64,000 bases of DNA from Octopus vulgaris (lineage: Eukaryota). Shown here piece after piece: positions 38,855 to 51,094 of this stretch. The notes under the pieces are model-generated. The model did no database searches. It saw nothing but the letters and a program-made list of their open reading frames with translations, and had not been told where the DNA came from. Made by a program: the position numbers and the translations under genes. Every line of letters begins with the position of its first letter. The stretch's first letter is position 1. The stretch covers positions 108,500,001 through 108,564,000 of the forward strand of contig OX597815.1 in assembly GCA_951406725.2 (NCBI GenBank), given 5' to 3'.

Positions 38855-39567
38855 CTTTTCTTCTTCTTCTCCTCTTCTTCCTCCCTCCCCTACTCTTCCT
38901 CCTTCCCCTACTCTTCCTCCCCTCCCCTACTATTCCTCCCCTCCCCTACTCCCCTCTCCCCATACTCTCCATCCTCTCCCCTACTTTTCTTCCTCCCTCC
39001 CCTACTCTTCCTCCCCTCCCCTACTCTTCCTCCTCCCTCCCCTATTCTTCTGCCTCCCTCCCCTACTCTTCATCCTCTATCCATCCCCCTACTCTCCCAT
39101 CCTCTTCTTCCTTTCTCCCTCCTCCTCCCTTCTTCATCTTCTTCTTCTCCTTCTTCTTCTCCTTCTCCTTCTTCTTCTTCTTCTTCTTCTTCTTCTCTTT
39201 CTTCTTCTCCTTCTTCTCCTTCTTCTTCTTCTTCTTCTTCTTCCTCTCCTCCTCCTCCTCCTCCTCCTCCTTCTTCTTCTCCTTTTTCTTCTTCTTCTTC
39301 GTCTTCTTCTTCTTCTCCTCCTCCTCCTCCTCCTCCTCCTCCTCCTTCTTCTTCTTCTTCTTCTTCTTCTTCTTCTTTCTTCTTCTTCTCCTTTTTCTTC
39401 TTCTTCTCCTTTTTCTTCTTCTCCTTCTTCTTCTTCTTCTTCTTCTTCTTCTCCTTTTTCTTCTTCTTCTCCTTTTTCTTCTCCTTTTTCTTCTTCTTCT
39501 TCTTCTTCTTCTTCTTCTTCTTCTTCTTCTTCTTCTTCTTCTTCTTCTTCTTCTTCTTCTTCTTCTT
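38855..39567. repeat. Polypyrimidine tract: cccctactcttcct minisatellite plus (CTT)n/(CCT)n
   Basis: About 700 bp, almost purine-free on +; source of the poly-K/E/G ORF. Confidence 0.95.
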
Positions 39568-40118
39568 TAAACTAAATGAAATCAAATTAAGATTGTAGAT
39601 AGTAGTAAATAAAAGGGGAGATGATTGGAACGTGACCATTGAATTTTGAAAAGGGAGGAGGTAATTTAATACTAGGCAAAACAGTAGTTAGTAAAATTAA
39701 ATAAAAGATTCAAGAGTAGTTAAAGAGATGGCATAACTTAAAAGCTACCAGATGACAATCAGCACAAAACAATTACTCACCTTTAATTGATATTAATCAA
39801 AGGAAAGTAATTAGTTCAAAGTGGAATAATGAAGTTCGCAAATTACAAACCTAAAGTTAAATGTCACATTTCATCTCAAATATTCATATATTTGAATATG
39901 CATTGTATTATCTTTGAAGTAGCCTCAGCTAATTCACATTCTGCAACATACAGGTGTAGTTTCTCATTCTAGTTATCTCACTGCAAATTCAAATGTTTCA
40001 AGAATGAGAGTATAAGCAATTGAGTATAGATGTCTTTGAATGTAAGAATGGAACCCAGCTGTTGATTTAATGTACACTTTGAATTGTTTAAGAAAACTGA
40101 CGAGCATCATCACTTTAA

Positions 40119-40528
40119 CCCTTTTGTTACCATATTCATTTTGAGATGCACTGTGTTTCTTTCAATTAATTTTAAATATAAGAAAGAATTTAGTAAAATA
40201 ACTTAGTTATCATTAAGTTAGTGTTAGAAACAAATTGTGACTAAGGTGTGGTGGAAGATTTTAATTTAAAACTTATGAAAACAAAACTTTTGTACTACAG
40301 AGCCCGAGCCGATTTCAGCCAGGTTAGTAACACAGATGCTCTGTTTCTTTCAATTAATTTTAAACATAACAAAGAATTTAGTAAAATAACATAGTTATCA
40401 TTAAGTTAGTGTTAGGAACATAAATTGTGACTAAGGTTTGGTGGAAGATTTTAATTTAAAACTTATGAAAACAAAACTTTTGTACTACAGAGCCAGAGCT
40501 GGTTTCAGCTGGGTTGGTAACAAAAGGG
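40119..40528 (+). mobile_element. piggyBac-type MITE with an internal tandem duplication
   Basis: TTAA|cccttttgttacc...ggtaacaaaaggg|TTAA; two ~190-bp internal units; monomer at 54606-54827. Confidence 0.88.
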
Positions 40529-40597
40529 TTAAGCTCTTAGAATATCAAGTGACACCAGGAATAAAATCTTTCTATTTATTATTTGCATAAATATATC

Positions 40598-41000
40598 TCT
40601 TATTATAAAAGGCAGATTTTATCTGCCTCCCTTTGGGAGTTATACAAATCTACAATATAGCATTTCTTCAATTACAATTTACCTAGCATTTTTAAGAGTA
40701 CAATGCATCGTGTCATGCCAGGTCCAGTTTTTAAAATTTAAACTCCAATTAAGAAAAATTTACAGAAAACTCACATTCTGGTGTGTGTGTCAAATGCTTT
40801 TCTTAGTCTGGCTTACACCACATGCAAACGCACACACACAGTGGGCAACGAATAAAATGAAAGTAAATAGCGACAGAGTGATTTGAGGAAGACTAAAGTG
40901 AAAGTATTCTGTCTATGACGCTGATAGATACATGAGTTAAATGTATGGGAAGCTAAGAGCTAAGAGTGAGTGAAAATGTTCTTGGAAGAGAGTAATTAGT
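40598..41000 (+). mobile_element. Helitron 5' module, same family as 42438
   Basis: TCttattataaaaggcagattttatctgcc... is nearly identical to 42438-42850. Confidence 0.75.
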
Positions 41001-41054
41001 AATAAAGTAAACATACACTCATACATACATACATACATACATACATACATACAT

Positions 41055-41085
<31 letters not shown>

Positions 41086-41409
41086 TACACACACACATAC
41101 ATACACACACACATACATACACACATACATACATACACACATACATACATACATACATATACATACATACATACATATACATACATACATACACACACAC
41201 ACACATACACACACACACAGTATTGAAGCTTGAGAACAATCAGATACATTTGCAACACATCTGTTGAAAATATTATTGTTCACACACATACATATACATA
41301 TATACATACAGACAGACAGACAGATAGACACACACACACACACACACACACATGATCCAGCATGGCCACAACCTCAAGGCTGAAACATATAAAAGAATAA
41401 CAGAATATA

Positions 41410-41770
41410 AATGTGTGCAAAGTACAAGAAATATTAATGCAGTATATGGGGATTGGACAATAAGCGTAAGGCAGTGTCAATGGTGGTTCCAGAAATCCCG
41501 AGCCATAAACTACAGCCTAGAAGACGAGCCTCATCCTGAAAGATCTGTAGAACTCGACAAGGACATCCTGAAAACCCTGGTGGAACAAAATCTCATCGTA
41601 ACTGTTGAGGAACTAGCAGAGAAGCTTGGATTTGGTCATTCAACCATTCATTGACACCTGTGTGCTATCGGAAAAGTCAGCAAATTGGGTCAATGGGTTC
41701 CTCACGAACTTTCCGAGTCTAATTGCATGCAGAGAGTGAATGTATGCTTTTCTTTGCTGTCATATCTCAC
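41410..41770 (+). mobile_element. mariner transposase 5' fragment
   Basis: RNINAVYGDWTISVRQCQWWFQK...LEDEPHPERS...VEELAEKLG...WVPHEL; cut by the Helitron at 41790. Confidence 0.85.
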
Positions 41771-41789
41771 CACTACTGCGCTATGTATA

Positions 41790-42423
41790 TCTATATATAT
41801 AAAACTGTAGTTGTGTGAGTGTCTGTCCCCTTCGATTTAGATTCCTAACTACTCCCACATTTTGCGGTACAGTTTAACCAAATTCGGGTAGCTTATAGTC
41901 GTGATTCATATCGAGCCCGTCTGAATATTAGCGCGCGTCTACGATGAGTCTACGATTTTAAAAATAATTTAACATCATTTTTTATTCCATTTTAATGCAT
42001 AATTTTTCGTGTGTCGATGGCGGCGGAGTTGGCGTCCACGCTCACACCTGCACCTGTGGGGAAGGGAGTGTAAGGAAATCAACGTCGTAATGCGTTGTCA
42101 AGGAGACCAGTGTTCTTTTAGAACAACGACTTCATGGCTTGAAGACACCAAAACAGAAATGGCTAAGAAAGCGTCTACATGAGTCTACGATTTAAAAAAA
42201 AATTTACCATCGTTTTTTTTCCCTTTAATGCATTTTTTCGTTATTATATAAGGGAAGTAACTCTCTAAAAATGTCTACGATGAGTCAACGATTTAAAAAA
42301 AAATTACTATCATATTTTTTCCATTTTTAATGCATTTTTGCTATTTTTTGGCTATAACTCTCTAAAAATGCTTATATAGTTATTTCCCTTACAAACCCGA
42401 GCAACGCCGGGCGATACTGCTAG
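41790..42423 (+). mobile_element. Young non-autonomous Helitron
   Basis: TCtatatatataaaactgtag...cccgagcaacgccgggcgatactgCTAG|t; extra internal ~100-bp subrepeats. Confidence 0.88.
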
Positions 42424-42437
42424 TATATATATATATA

Positions 42438-43612
42438 TCTTATTATAAAAGGCAGATTTTATCTGCCTCCCTTTGGGAGTTATAGAAATCTACAATATAG
42501 GATTTCTTCTATTACAATTTACCTAGCATTTTTGAGAGTACAATGCATCGCGTCATGCCAGGTCCAGTTTTTAAAATTTAAACTCCAATTAAGCAAAATT
42601 TACAGAAAACTCACATTCTGGTGTGTGTGTCAAATGCTTTTCTTAGTCTGGTTTACACCACACGCAAACGCACACACACAGTGTGCGACGAATAAAATGA
42701 AAGTAAATGTAATATTTGTTTCTGTCTATCACGTTGATAGATACATGAGTAAAATGTATGGGAAGCTAACATATAACAGTGAGTGAAAATGTTCTTGGAA
42801 GAGAGTAAATTAGCGACAGAGTGATTTGAGCAAGACTAAACTGAAAGTATGAAACAGTGTTTATGTATAAACAGACGACACTTATATAAACCCTTTCGTT
42901 ACCAAACCGCCCGAATTTACCTATTCATATTTAAATGAGAATATCAGAGTAAATCTCTTTAGTACATTCGTGAAAACACGTATTATACTTCGTAAACACT
43001 TCAAATACAGTTTTGTACAAAAATCGAAGTGTAATTTTAATTCCGTGAATTATGGGAGATTTTTTTCCGAAATTTGTTCCTATTGTGTTTTCAAAATTTC
43101 TAATTCTGACAAAAAATGGATACGAATTTCATTATATCAAGCAGCGAGTCAGAATTCGAAGGATTTTCTACTGAAGACATTCATAAATCTAACTCTATGA
43201 CTGAAAAAAATAAGCATCTTTATATAAGAGTGAAGTTGTGTGTCTGTCCCCTTCGATTTAGATTCGTAACTACTCCCACATTTTGCCGTGCAGTTTAACC
43301 AAAAGCGGGTATCTTATAGTCGTGATTCATATCGAGCCCTTCTGGGTATTAGCGCGCGTCTACGATGAGTCTACGATTTTAAAAAAATTTACCATCATAT
43401 TTTTCCATTTGAATGCATTTTTTTCGCTTTTATATAAGGGAAGTAACTCTCTAAAAATATCTACGATGTGTCAACGATTTAAAAGAAAAATTTACCTTAA
43501 TTTCTTTTCAATTTTTAATGCATTTTTTTGCTATTTTTTGGCTATAACTCTCTAAAAATGCTTATATAGTTATTTCCCTTACAACCCGAGCAACGCCGGG
43601 CGATACTGCTAG
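42438..43612 (+). mobile_element. Composite Helitron (5' module + piggyBac-like end + second Helitron)
   Basis: 5' TC at 42438; ccctttcgttacc TIR-like sequence at 42891; second 5' end TCtttatataagag at 43217; hairpin + CTAG at 43612. Confidence 0.75.
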
Positions 43613-43619
43613 TGTCATA

Positions 43620-43885
43620 TAAATGGCACCTGTGCTGTTGGCATGTTAAAAGCACCTGTGCCAGTGACATGTAAGAATTACCACTGCCAGTGGCATGTAA
43701 AAAGCACCCATTACACTCTTGGAGTGGTTGGCATTACGAAAGGCATCAAGCAGTAGAAACCATGCCAAATCAGACTGGAACCTGGTGCAACCCTCCAGCT
43801 TACCAGTTTCAGTCATACCGTCTCACCCATGCCAGTATGGAAAGCAAATGCTAAATGATGATAATGAGGATTAGGATGATGATGT
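43620..43885 (+). mobile_element. RTE 3' UTR fragment
   Basis: gtaaaaagcacccattacactc...cagactggaacctggtgca...cccatgccagtatggaaa...gatgat. Confidence 0.75.
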
Positions 43886-43886
43886 A

Positions 43887-44100
43887 AGGCAGAAAGCTGC
43901 CAGAACCTCTAGCAGGCCAGACAAGATACTTAGTGGTATATCGGCCATATTTACATTCTGAGTTCAAATTCCACCGAAGTCAACTTTGCTTTACATCATT
44001 CCAGTGTCAATGAAATAAAATACTGATTGAGTACTAGGGTTGAGTACTGGCCCCATCTTCATGAATATTTCAGACCTTGTGCCTGTAGTAGAAAGGATTA
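43887..44100 (+). mobile_element. SINE family B
   Basis: ttctgagttcaaattccaccgaagtcaactttgc...ccttgtgcctgtagtagaaaggatta. Confidence 0.75.
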
Positions 44101-44517
44101 AATGCATGTGAGTGTTCCATTCAGTAAAAAAGTAAAACATGAATATCTTAGACAAACATAGGAGTCCGTCCTATGTACAATCAGAATATGGAGACATGGA
44201 GGGAAATAGAATGTCTCAAGTATTCACTTAGTAGTTTCAAATCTTGTACAGTATGCTTAACTTTAAGTGTTCAGTTTTGCAAATGTGAACCTAAGATTTT
44301 GAGTAATAAACTAGTATATAACTGAAAATTGTGATCACTATCATAGCCATTGCATGTTTAAACATTTCCAGCAATGACTGTAAAACTGTTTTCACCTTTC
44401 TTCTTTAGATACCAAATATATTTTGACTAGGTGATGCAGTTGCTTTTATTCATATCTTTAAATGAAATAATTGCAAAGCGTGCTCATGTATATATATATA
44501 TTTCACTTCTGTATATA

Positions 44518-45055
44518 TTGGGTCATCCCATAAATAATGCAGTTTTTTTCAATTGCATGAACTAAAAGTGGGAGGGGGATAGAATAAACTACCTGCATCA
44601 ACTTGCTATAAAAGCAGGTAGTAATTTTACCTTGTCCATATTCTTAGTGCAAGTTCTGAAGAGTGCAGTTTGATTTTAACAGTTATTTTGTCAAAGCTAT
44701 AATGGAAGTGACAAAGGAGCATATTCAGCATATTTTTGCTTTATGAGTTCAATAAAGGCAACAACACAATGGAAAGTTTGAGGAATATTAATGCAGTATT
44801 TGGGGATCAGACAATAACCGTAAGACAGTGTCAATGGTGGTTCCAGAAATTCCAAGCTGGAAACTACAGCCTAGAAGACAAGCCACATCCCGGAAAATCT
44901 GTAGAGCAAACCCTGGTGGAACAAAATCCCATCACAACTGTTGAAGAACTAGCAGAGAAACTTGAATGTCATCATTCAACCATTCATCAACACCTGCACT
45001 AGAAGAAAAACGACCATCTTTGGTTTCAAGACAAAAGGTGTTCTTCCAAAAGAGA
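44518..45055 (+). mobile_element. mariner 5' half (TIR + HTH), same family as 41410
   Basis: ta|ttgggtcatcccataaataatgc; MEVTKEHIQHI..YEFNKGNN...WWFQKFQAGNYSLED...VEELAEKL. Confidence 0.85.
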
Positions 45056-45484
45056 TACTAAGCTTACAAAGAATAAGTCCTGGGGTTGATTTGTTTGATT
45101 AAAGACAGAGCTCCAGCATGGTCGCAGTCAAATGACTGAAACAAATGGAAGAATATAAAAAAGAATATATATATATATGTATATATATATATATGCTAGT
45201 ATGACTTCATATAGACTACACATATCCTAATAAGTTCACTATCATGACAATACCATGCCTTAGGTTTTGAAGTTTTCAGATAAATATGGTACATATAAAT
45301 ATTTGATGTACACAGGTAGTACAGTGTACTACAAACACCAAAATTCAGCAAGCTTTAACATGCTGTCCATCTAAAATTTGCATATTTGACAAGATCTAGC
45401 CTTGGGGTTGTTGACACCCCAATATCCTTACTTGTATAATCTTTTGAAATTATCACAAGGAATAAAACCTGTACAAGTATTTTT

Positions 45485-45662
45485 CTTTGTTTATCTCTTA
45501 CTTGTTTTACTTATTAGACAGTGGTCATACTGGGTCAGCACCTTGAAGAAATTTAAGCCAAATTAATTGAACTTACTACTTATTTTTTTTAAAGCCTGCT
45601 ACTTATTCTGTTGGACTCTTTAGCTGAACTGCTAAGTCATGGGGATGTAAATACACTAACAC
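45485..45662 (-). mobile_element. SINE family A 3' fragment
   Basis: ttacttgttt...tacttattct...gaactgctaagtcatggggatgtaaatacac; another + strand 3' fragment lies at 45056-45155. Confidence 0.6.
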
Positions 45663-45664
45663 GC

Positions 45665-45905
45665 TAAGAGGAAAATGATCCCATTACCTTTAAACGGAAT
45701 CTGGACAAATTTCTTCAAGGCATACCAGATAAGCCACCTATACCTGGATAAAACTCACTCAACAAGAACTCCCTACTCAAATGAACCATGGTACCACAAA
45801 ACTTGACTTAAAAAGGATTTAGATAATCCTATCAGGTGGTGCTATTAAGTTAGACATGGCCTGGACCAATCTTTGGTCAAAACATATCTAAGTTTATCTA
45901 AGTTG
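45665..45905 (+). mobile_element. CR1/L2-group LINE 3' end
   Basis: FKRNLDKFLQGIPDKPPIPG...NKNSLL C-terminal motif plus a (tctaagttta) tail. Confidence 0.65.
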
Positions 45906-46202
45906 ATCATCATCATCATCATCATCATCATTGTTTAACGTCCGTTTTCCATGCTAGCATGGGTTGGACGGTTCGACCGGGGTCTGGGAAGCCAGGAGGC
46001 TGCACCAGGCTCCAACCTGATCTGGCAGTGTTTCTACAGCTGGATACCCTTCTGTGAGTGTAGTGGGTGCTTTTTACGTTCCACCAGCACAGGAGCCAGG
46101 GGAAGGTGGAAACGGCCATGATCGGTTGGTGCTTTTTATGTGCCACCGGCACTGAAGCCAGTCCAAGTGGCGCTGGCATCGGCCACGTACAGATGGTGCT
46201 TG
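45906..46202 (-). mobile_element. RTE 3' UTR fragment (young)
   Basis: (cat)n-gtttaacgtccgttttccatgctagcatgggttggacggttcgacc...gggtgctttttac. Confidence 0.85.
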
Positions 46203-46438
46203 ATATATATGTGGCTCCATACTTTGAAATGACTAAACATGAACTGCTATTGGAACTTACATAATATGTACAGGAAAATTTTTTTACCACATCTATACAC
46301 CATTTTCCTTGAATAATGGAACTGCAACTACAATATCTTTATATATATCTTATTTCTACTTTCATTCTCTTATTTCCCTCTATATTTCCTCTCTCCTCTT
46401 TTTCCACAATAATTCGAACTCAAATATTTTCTCACACT

Positions 46439-46486
46439 GTCTCTGATGAAGGGATATCCATAATATCCCAGAAACAGCTGGAAGTC
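46439..46486 (+). ncRNA. Decayed PLE-type hammerhead
   Basis: gtct-CTGATGA-a-gggatat-ccata-atatccc-a-GAAAC-agct-GGA-agtc. 7-bp stem II and palindromic stem III; the U of the cleavage triplet is mutated. Confidence 0.6.
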
Positions 46487-46858
46487 TATTTCATTATAAA
46501 TGTCCTGAAACTCCTCATAGCCTTGGATTTGTTATCTTATTCTGTCTAGATGCCTGTTGTTATTTCTTGTTTGTATTCGTAATTGTGTACCATGTTCTCC
46601 ATTATTTGTTTGTTTGTTTTTTTGTCTTTGTTGCTGTACACATTCACTAGCTTTCTTACAAAAGGGTGCAATGCTCTTAGCTTAGACTTTTTTGGGGGCA
46701 ACCAGATCCAACAATCTCAAGTATAACTGCCCGAAATGGTTGTGACTTCTGGGACTTGACTGATGAAAGAAAGCCAAGAATGACTTGTCTTTTTTTGCCT
46801 GTCCTTCTAATTGTTGTTTCCATTTATATATATATACACATATATATATATATATATA

Positions 46859-47749
46859 CAGGACATGTGGTAACTTGTTGCTATTTTATATTTTTAATTT
46901 CAGGCTTGTACATTATTTGTTGCTTTTGATTTTGTCAACTATGCAGTATAGTAGAGTCAGTTGGGCACCATCTGTGAGAAAAACAACACCATGAAGCAAT
47001 TCATCTTGCCAGAGATTTGGAAACGACATGCTGTGCCACTTGTCATTCATGCTGGAAGCTCCAATACGAATATTTCAGTGTGTTTGGGTGTCAGTTTGAG
47101 TGTTTCCTGTGTCTGCAAAACATGTACTGAGAGTGATAAAAATCAAACATCCAGTCAACATAATGGTGTTTGGAGTGATCACTAGTGACAGTGACGTTAT
47201 GCTTCCATTCAGCTTCCAACATGGCCTCAAACTCAACACAGAGGCCTAAATCAAGTGCCTGGAGGAGGTAGTGCTGCCCTGAGTCAAGAGGGTGCCTGCT
47301 GGAAGACCCTTTGTCTGGCAACAGGACTCTGCACCATGCCACACAAGCAGGAGAACCCATTCATGGCTGTCAGACAATTTCTGCGACCAAGTCACCCCCA
47401 ACATCTGGCCACTCAACTACCCAGACTGCAACTCCTTTGATTATTATGTAGGGTGCAGTTGAGCGAGAGTCCAACAAAACTCCTTGTAACACCAAAGATG
47501 AACTGGAGGCAAAGATTATGGCAGCATTCACCAGCTTAAACAAGCAGACCATCCAGAAGAGTTTCAGGAGATTCCAAAATTGTCTGGAGGCTGCGGTTGA
47601 AGCCAATGGCAATTTTATTGAATAAATTTACTGTTTAGTATTTCAAGATATATTTATGTAATTTTGGTTAAATATATTTATTAAAATGAGATGTCAGTGC
47701 TATTTTCATTTTTGTGTAATTTAGATGACTGTTTATTCACTGCACCCTG
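46859..47749 (+). mobile_element. Tc1/mariner (maT/DD37D-like) transposon, internally deleted
   Basis: ta|cagg...caccctg|ta; remnants KHPVNIMVFGVITSDSDVM, WQQDSAPCHTS, WPLNYPDCNSFDYYV, CLEAAVEANGNFIE*. Confidence 0.85.
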
Positions 47750-47782
47750 TATATATCCATACACATGCGCACACATGCACAC

Positions 47783-47820
<38 letters not shown>

Positions 47821-48895
47821 CTGTATATGACCGGCTTCTTTCAGCTTGTACCAAATCCACTCACTACAATTTATTAAATATAGGAATAAAGGTTTATTTC
47901 ACTTGTATATATAATTTTAATTTTCCCTTTCTTATTTCAAAGATCCACACACTTGACACGGTGCCCCAAGCACATGAGACCATGAGTGATGGCTTTATTT
48001 GCTGGTACTTTCAGCTACCCCTGTATTTACGACTTGAAATTAGCTGGTTGTTTATGTACCTAATTATTTACTTTTTTGCCTCATGTCTACTGAACTGCAC
48101 TTAGCTAAAGGCAGAATTTGAGCTCAGAATATACAGCTTGAAGAACATATGGACTGAGTTTTTCTTGCACTGCTAAACCAGAAAGTGTTTTCTTTTCATT
48201 TACTTTCTGTCTCTTTCTCTCACTTTTTATGTTTTTGATAAACTGTAAGATTTCTACTATCAAACTTGAAATGTCAATTACTGTATAAAAGAAAGTGACA
48301 AACTCTTTAAAATCTTGCCAAACATAGTTGGTGATGTCATTATATCTGCATGAATAAACTTAAAATTTTGCCTCACAGCAATAATTAATATAATCATTTA
48401 TATCATCATACTAATAATAGAAATTATTTTAAGGAAATTTAAAGTGATATTTTAAAAATTTAATTATAGCATTCATAATTAGTTTCTTTTTAATTTTTTC
48501 ATCTTATTTATTTATTTGATAATTTTGCAATTTAAATGCTTAATTTAATATAAACTTTAGCTGATAAGATTTTAAAAACAATCTTGAAAATTAGAAACAA
48601 AACACATTCAGTCAAATAGTTATTTGGATAAATAGTTTATTACATTTCTTAGATTTCTACATTTTCACTTTTGTTTATATTTTACAATCTTATAAAGATT
48701 CTACACAAGATAACACACAATTCTTAATGAATTAAAATTAGCTGTCCAAATTAACATTCCTATATCTACTTGTATGTATATATCTATCTATCTATATGGC
48801 TATCTATATTGCCATCGCCACTCCATCTGTCTATCTGTTTATCTATCTATCTGTCTATATGTCTGTTTGTCTGTCTATCTATACAAGCATATATA

Positions 48896-48992
48896 CAGGA
48901 TGTGATGGGTAAATTGCCACCATTTTGTATTTTTAATTTTGTGCATGCGCATTGTTTGCTTTTGGTTTTGTCATCTACACAGTATAGTAGGC
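48896..48992 (+). mobile_element. 5' end fragment of the maT-like family
   Basis: Matches 46859-46955. Confidence 0.7.
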
Positions 48993-49077
48993 AATGACCG
49001 CACTTGAATATTTTTTCACGTGCCACCGGCACAAGTACCAGTAAAGCAACACTGGTAACGCTCATGCTTGAATGGTG

Positions 49078-49117
<40 letters not shown>

Positions 49118-49122
<5 letters not shown>

Positions 49123-49575
49123 TTTCATACATAAATATAAGAGGGAATTTTTAACCACTATGTGGAAACCCTTATGCTATGCTAGAAGAAGATCCGCTAT
49201 GGTCTCAGCCACTCAGAATTGTTCTCCAGAAAAGAGGATAACACTGACGATCTACAGATAAATTGTGTAAGTAAAATTACATAATTTATTGATACTGAAA
49301 CAATTGTTTCTGATTAATCTATATTTTTGTTATTTTTCATTTGTCTTGCTCGCTTACGTTTCTGGTGTGCTAAATTTTCTGGAGAACCATTCTTAGTGGT
49401 TGAGACCATAGCAGATCTTCTTCTAGCACAAGGGTTTCCACATAGTGGTTAAAAAATTCCCACTTATATTTTATGTATGAAATACTATTTACTGAATCTC
49501 AGTTTTTTTATATGCTAGACCACTGGTGTTAAAATTGATGTTATCAAATTTTTCACCCTCATTTTGATTTTACTT
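49118..49575 (+). mobile_element. PLE-type fold-back insertion with a central hammerhead-like motif
   Basis: Arms 49118-49233 and 49375-49487; CTGACGA at 49244...GAAAC-aatt-GTT at 49297-49308; (TA)n flanks. Confidence 0.7.
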
Positions 49576-49585
49576 TATATATATA

Positions 49586-50096
49586 CTAGCAGTATCGCGG
49601 CGTTGCTCGTGTTTGTAAGGGAAATAACTATATAAGCATTTTTAGAGAGTTACTTCCCTTATAGATGCCAATTCGGGCTTTCTTAGCCATTTCTGTTTTG
49701 GTGTCTTCAAGCCATGAAGTCGTTGTTCTAAAAGAACGCTGGTCTCCTTGACAACGCTTTACGACGTTGATTTCCTTACACTCCCTTCTCCACAGCTTCA
49801 CGAGGGAGGGAAGACGGGGGAGAAGCAAACAGGTGCAGGTGTGACCATGGATGCCAACTCCGCAGCCATCGACACACGAAAAATTATGCATTAAAATGGA
49901 ATAAAAAATGATGTTAAATTATTTTTAAAATCGTAGACTCATTGTAGACACGCGCTAATACTCAGACGGGCTCGATATGAATCACGACTATAAGATACCC
50001 GAATTTGGTTAAACTGCACCGCAAAATGTGGGAGTAGTTAGGAATCTAAATCGAAGGGGACAGACACTCACACAACTACAGTTTTATATATATAGA
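49586..50096 (-). mobile_element. Young non-autonomous Helitron
   Basis: Nearly identical to 36800-37312; CTAG/TC ends; inserted in (TA)n. Confidence 0.88.
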
Positions 50097-50218
50097 TATA
50101 TATATATATAACAATTGCAGTGCAGAAGGTGTTTATAAGCCATTTAAGAAACACACAAAAACCGTTAGATTCTCTTCAACATTTAAGTTTAATGTTGCTA
50201 TGCAAGTACATCTACGTA

Positions 50219-50250
<32 letters not shown>

Positions 50251-50559
50251 CAGAGATCTAGATGGTTGTACATATACAAATATTTATAAATTGTGTGAAG
50301 GGATTTGTCTCTCTTTATAGTATTAGTGAATAGGTTGGGGTGGAGAGAGAGGGGGGAAAGAAGAGTAATGTGGAGTGTAAAGGGTAGGAGAAGAGAGAGA
50401 GGAATGGGGAGATACTGGAGGGAGAAAGTGAGAGAGAGTGTGTGTTTGTGTATGCAAATATGGGAACAGTACATCACCAATAGTGCAAATAACATACACA
50501 CAAGAGATAGATACAAAATGTGGACAGTAATTACAGGACAAAAATAAATGAGATACGTA

Positions 50560-51030
50560 AACAATGAGGAAAAATGGAAAACAGGACAAGTTAATGCTGA
50601 GACGGACCCTTCATCAGTTGTCGGCTGTCTATCGGCTCCTCATTTCAAGCATTCAAACAACAATGAGTCTTCAAAGACAGTAGCTCCCATAAATTCTAAA
50701 ATAAAATTTAGGATTTATGGAGGGTCAAAGTTGGGACCAAAAAATAACAGTGGAGATGTACAAGGAAACTGAATGAAAACAGATATGGAAGGTCGTTAGA
50801 CCAAAACAAAAGGAAAATAGTGAAAGCAGAGAGAGACATTTTTTAAAAAGAGAAAATATAGAAGAGAGAGAAAAAAAACCTCCAGTCATTTAGACATCCT
50901 AGCAGGAAAAGAAAGATGGTCACGCGAGGAAAAGAAGCAAAGATGAGAGGAAGAAAACAGTACAGAGTAGAAAGTTGCACAAAATATGGGTGAAGATAAA
51001 ACTTACTTGGGAATGGATGCATCAAGTTCA
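50560..51030. mobile_element. Copy of the 2326-2867 repeat family
   Basis: ccttcatcagttgtcggctgtctatc...gagtcttcaaagac...atggagggtcaaagtt...gtcgttagacc. Confidence 0.7.
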
Positions 51031-51094
51031 ATTAAATAAATAAATAATAAAAATATATATATACATGCATATATGGGTACAGGAGATATAATAT

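Noticed and set aside
39070-39639. 189-aa poly-K/E/G ORF
   Set aside because: Translation of (CTT)n/(CCT)n simple repeats.
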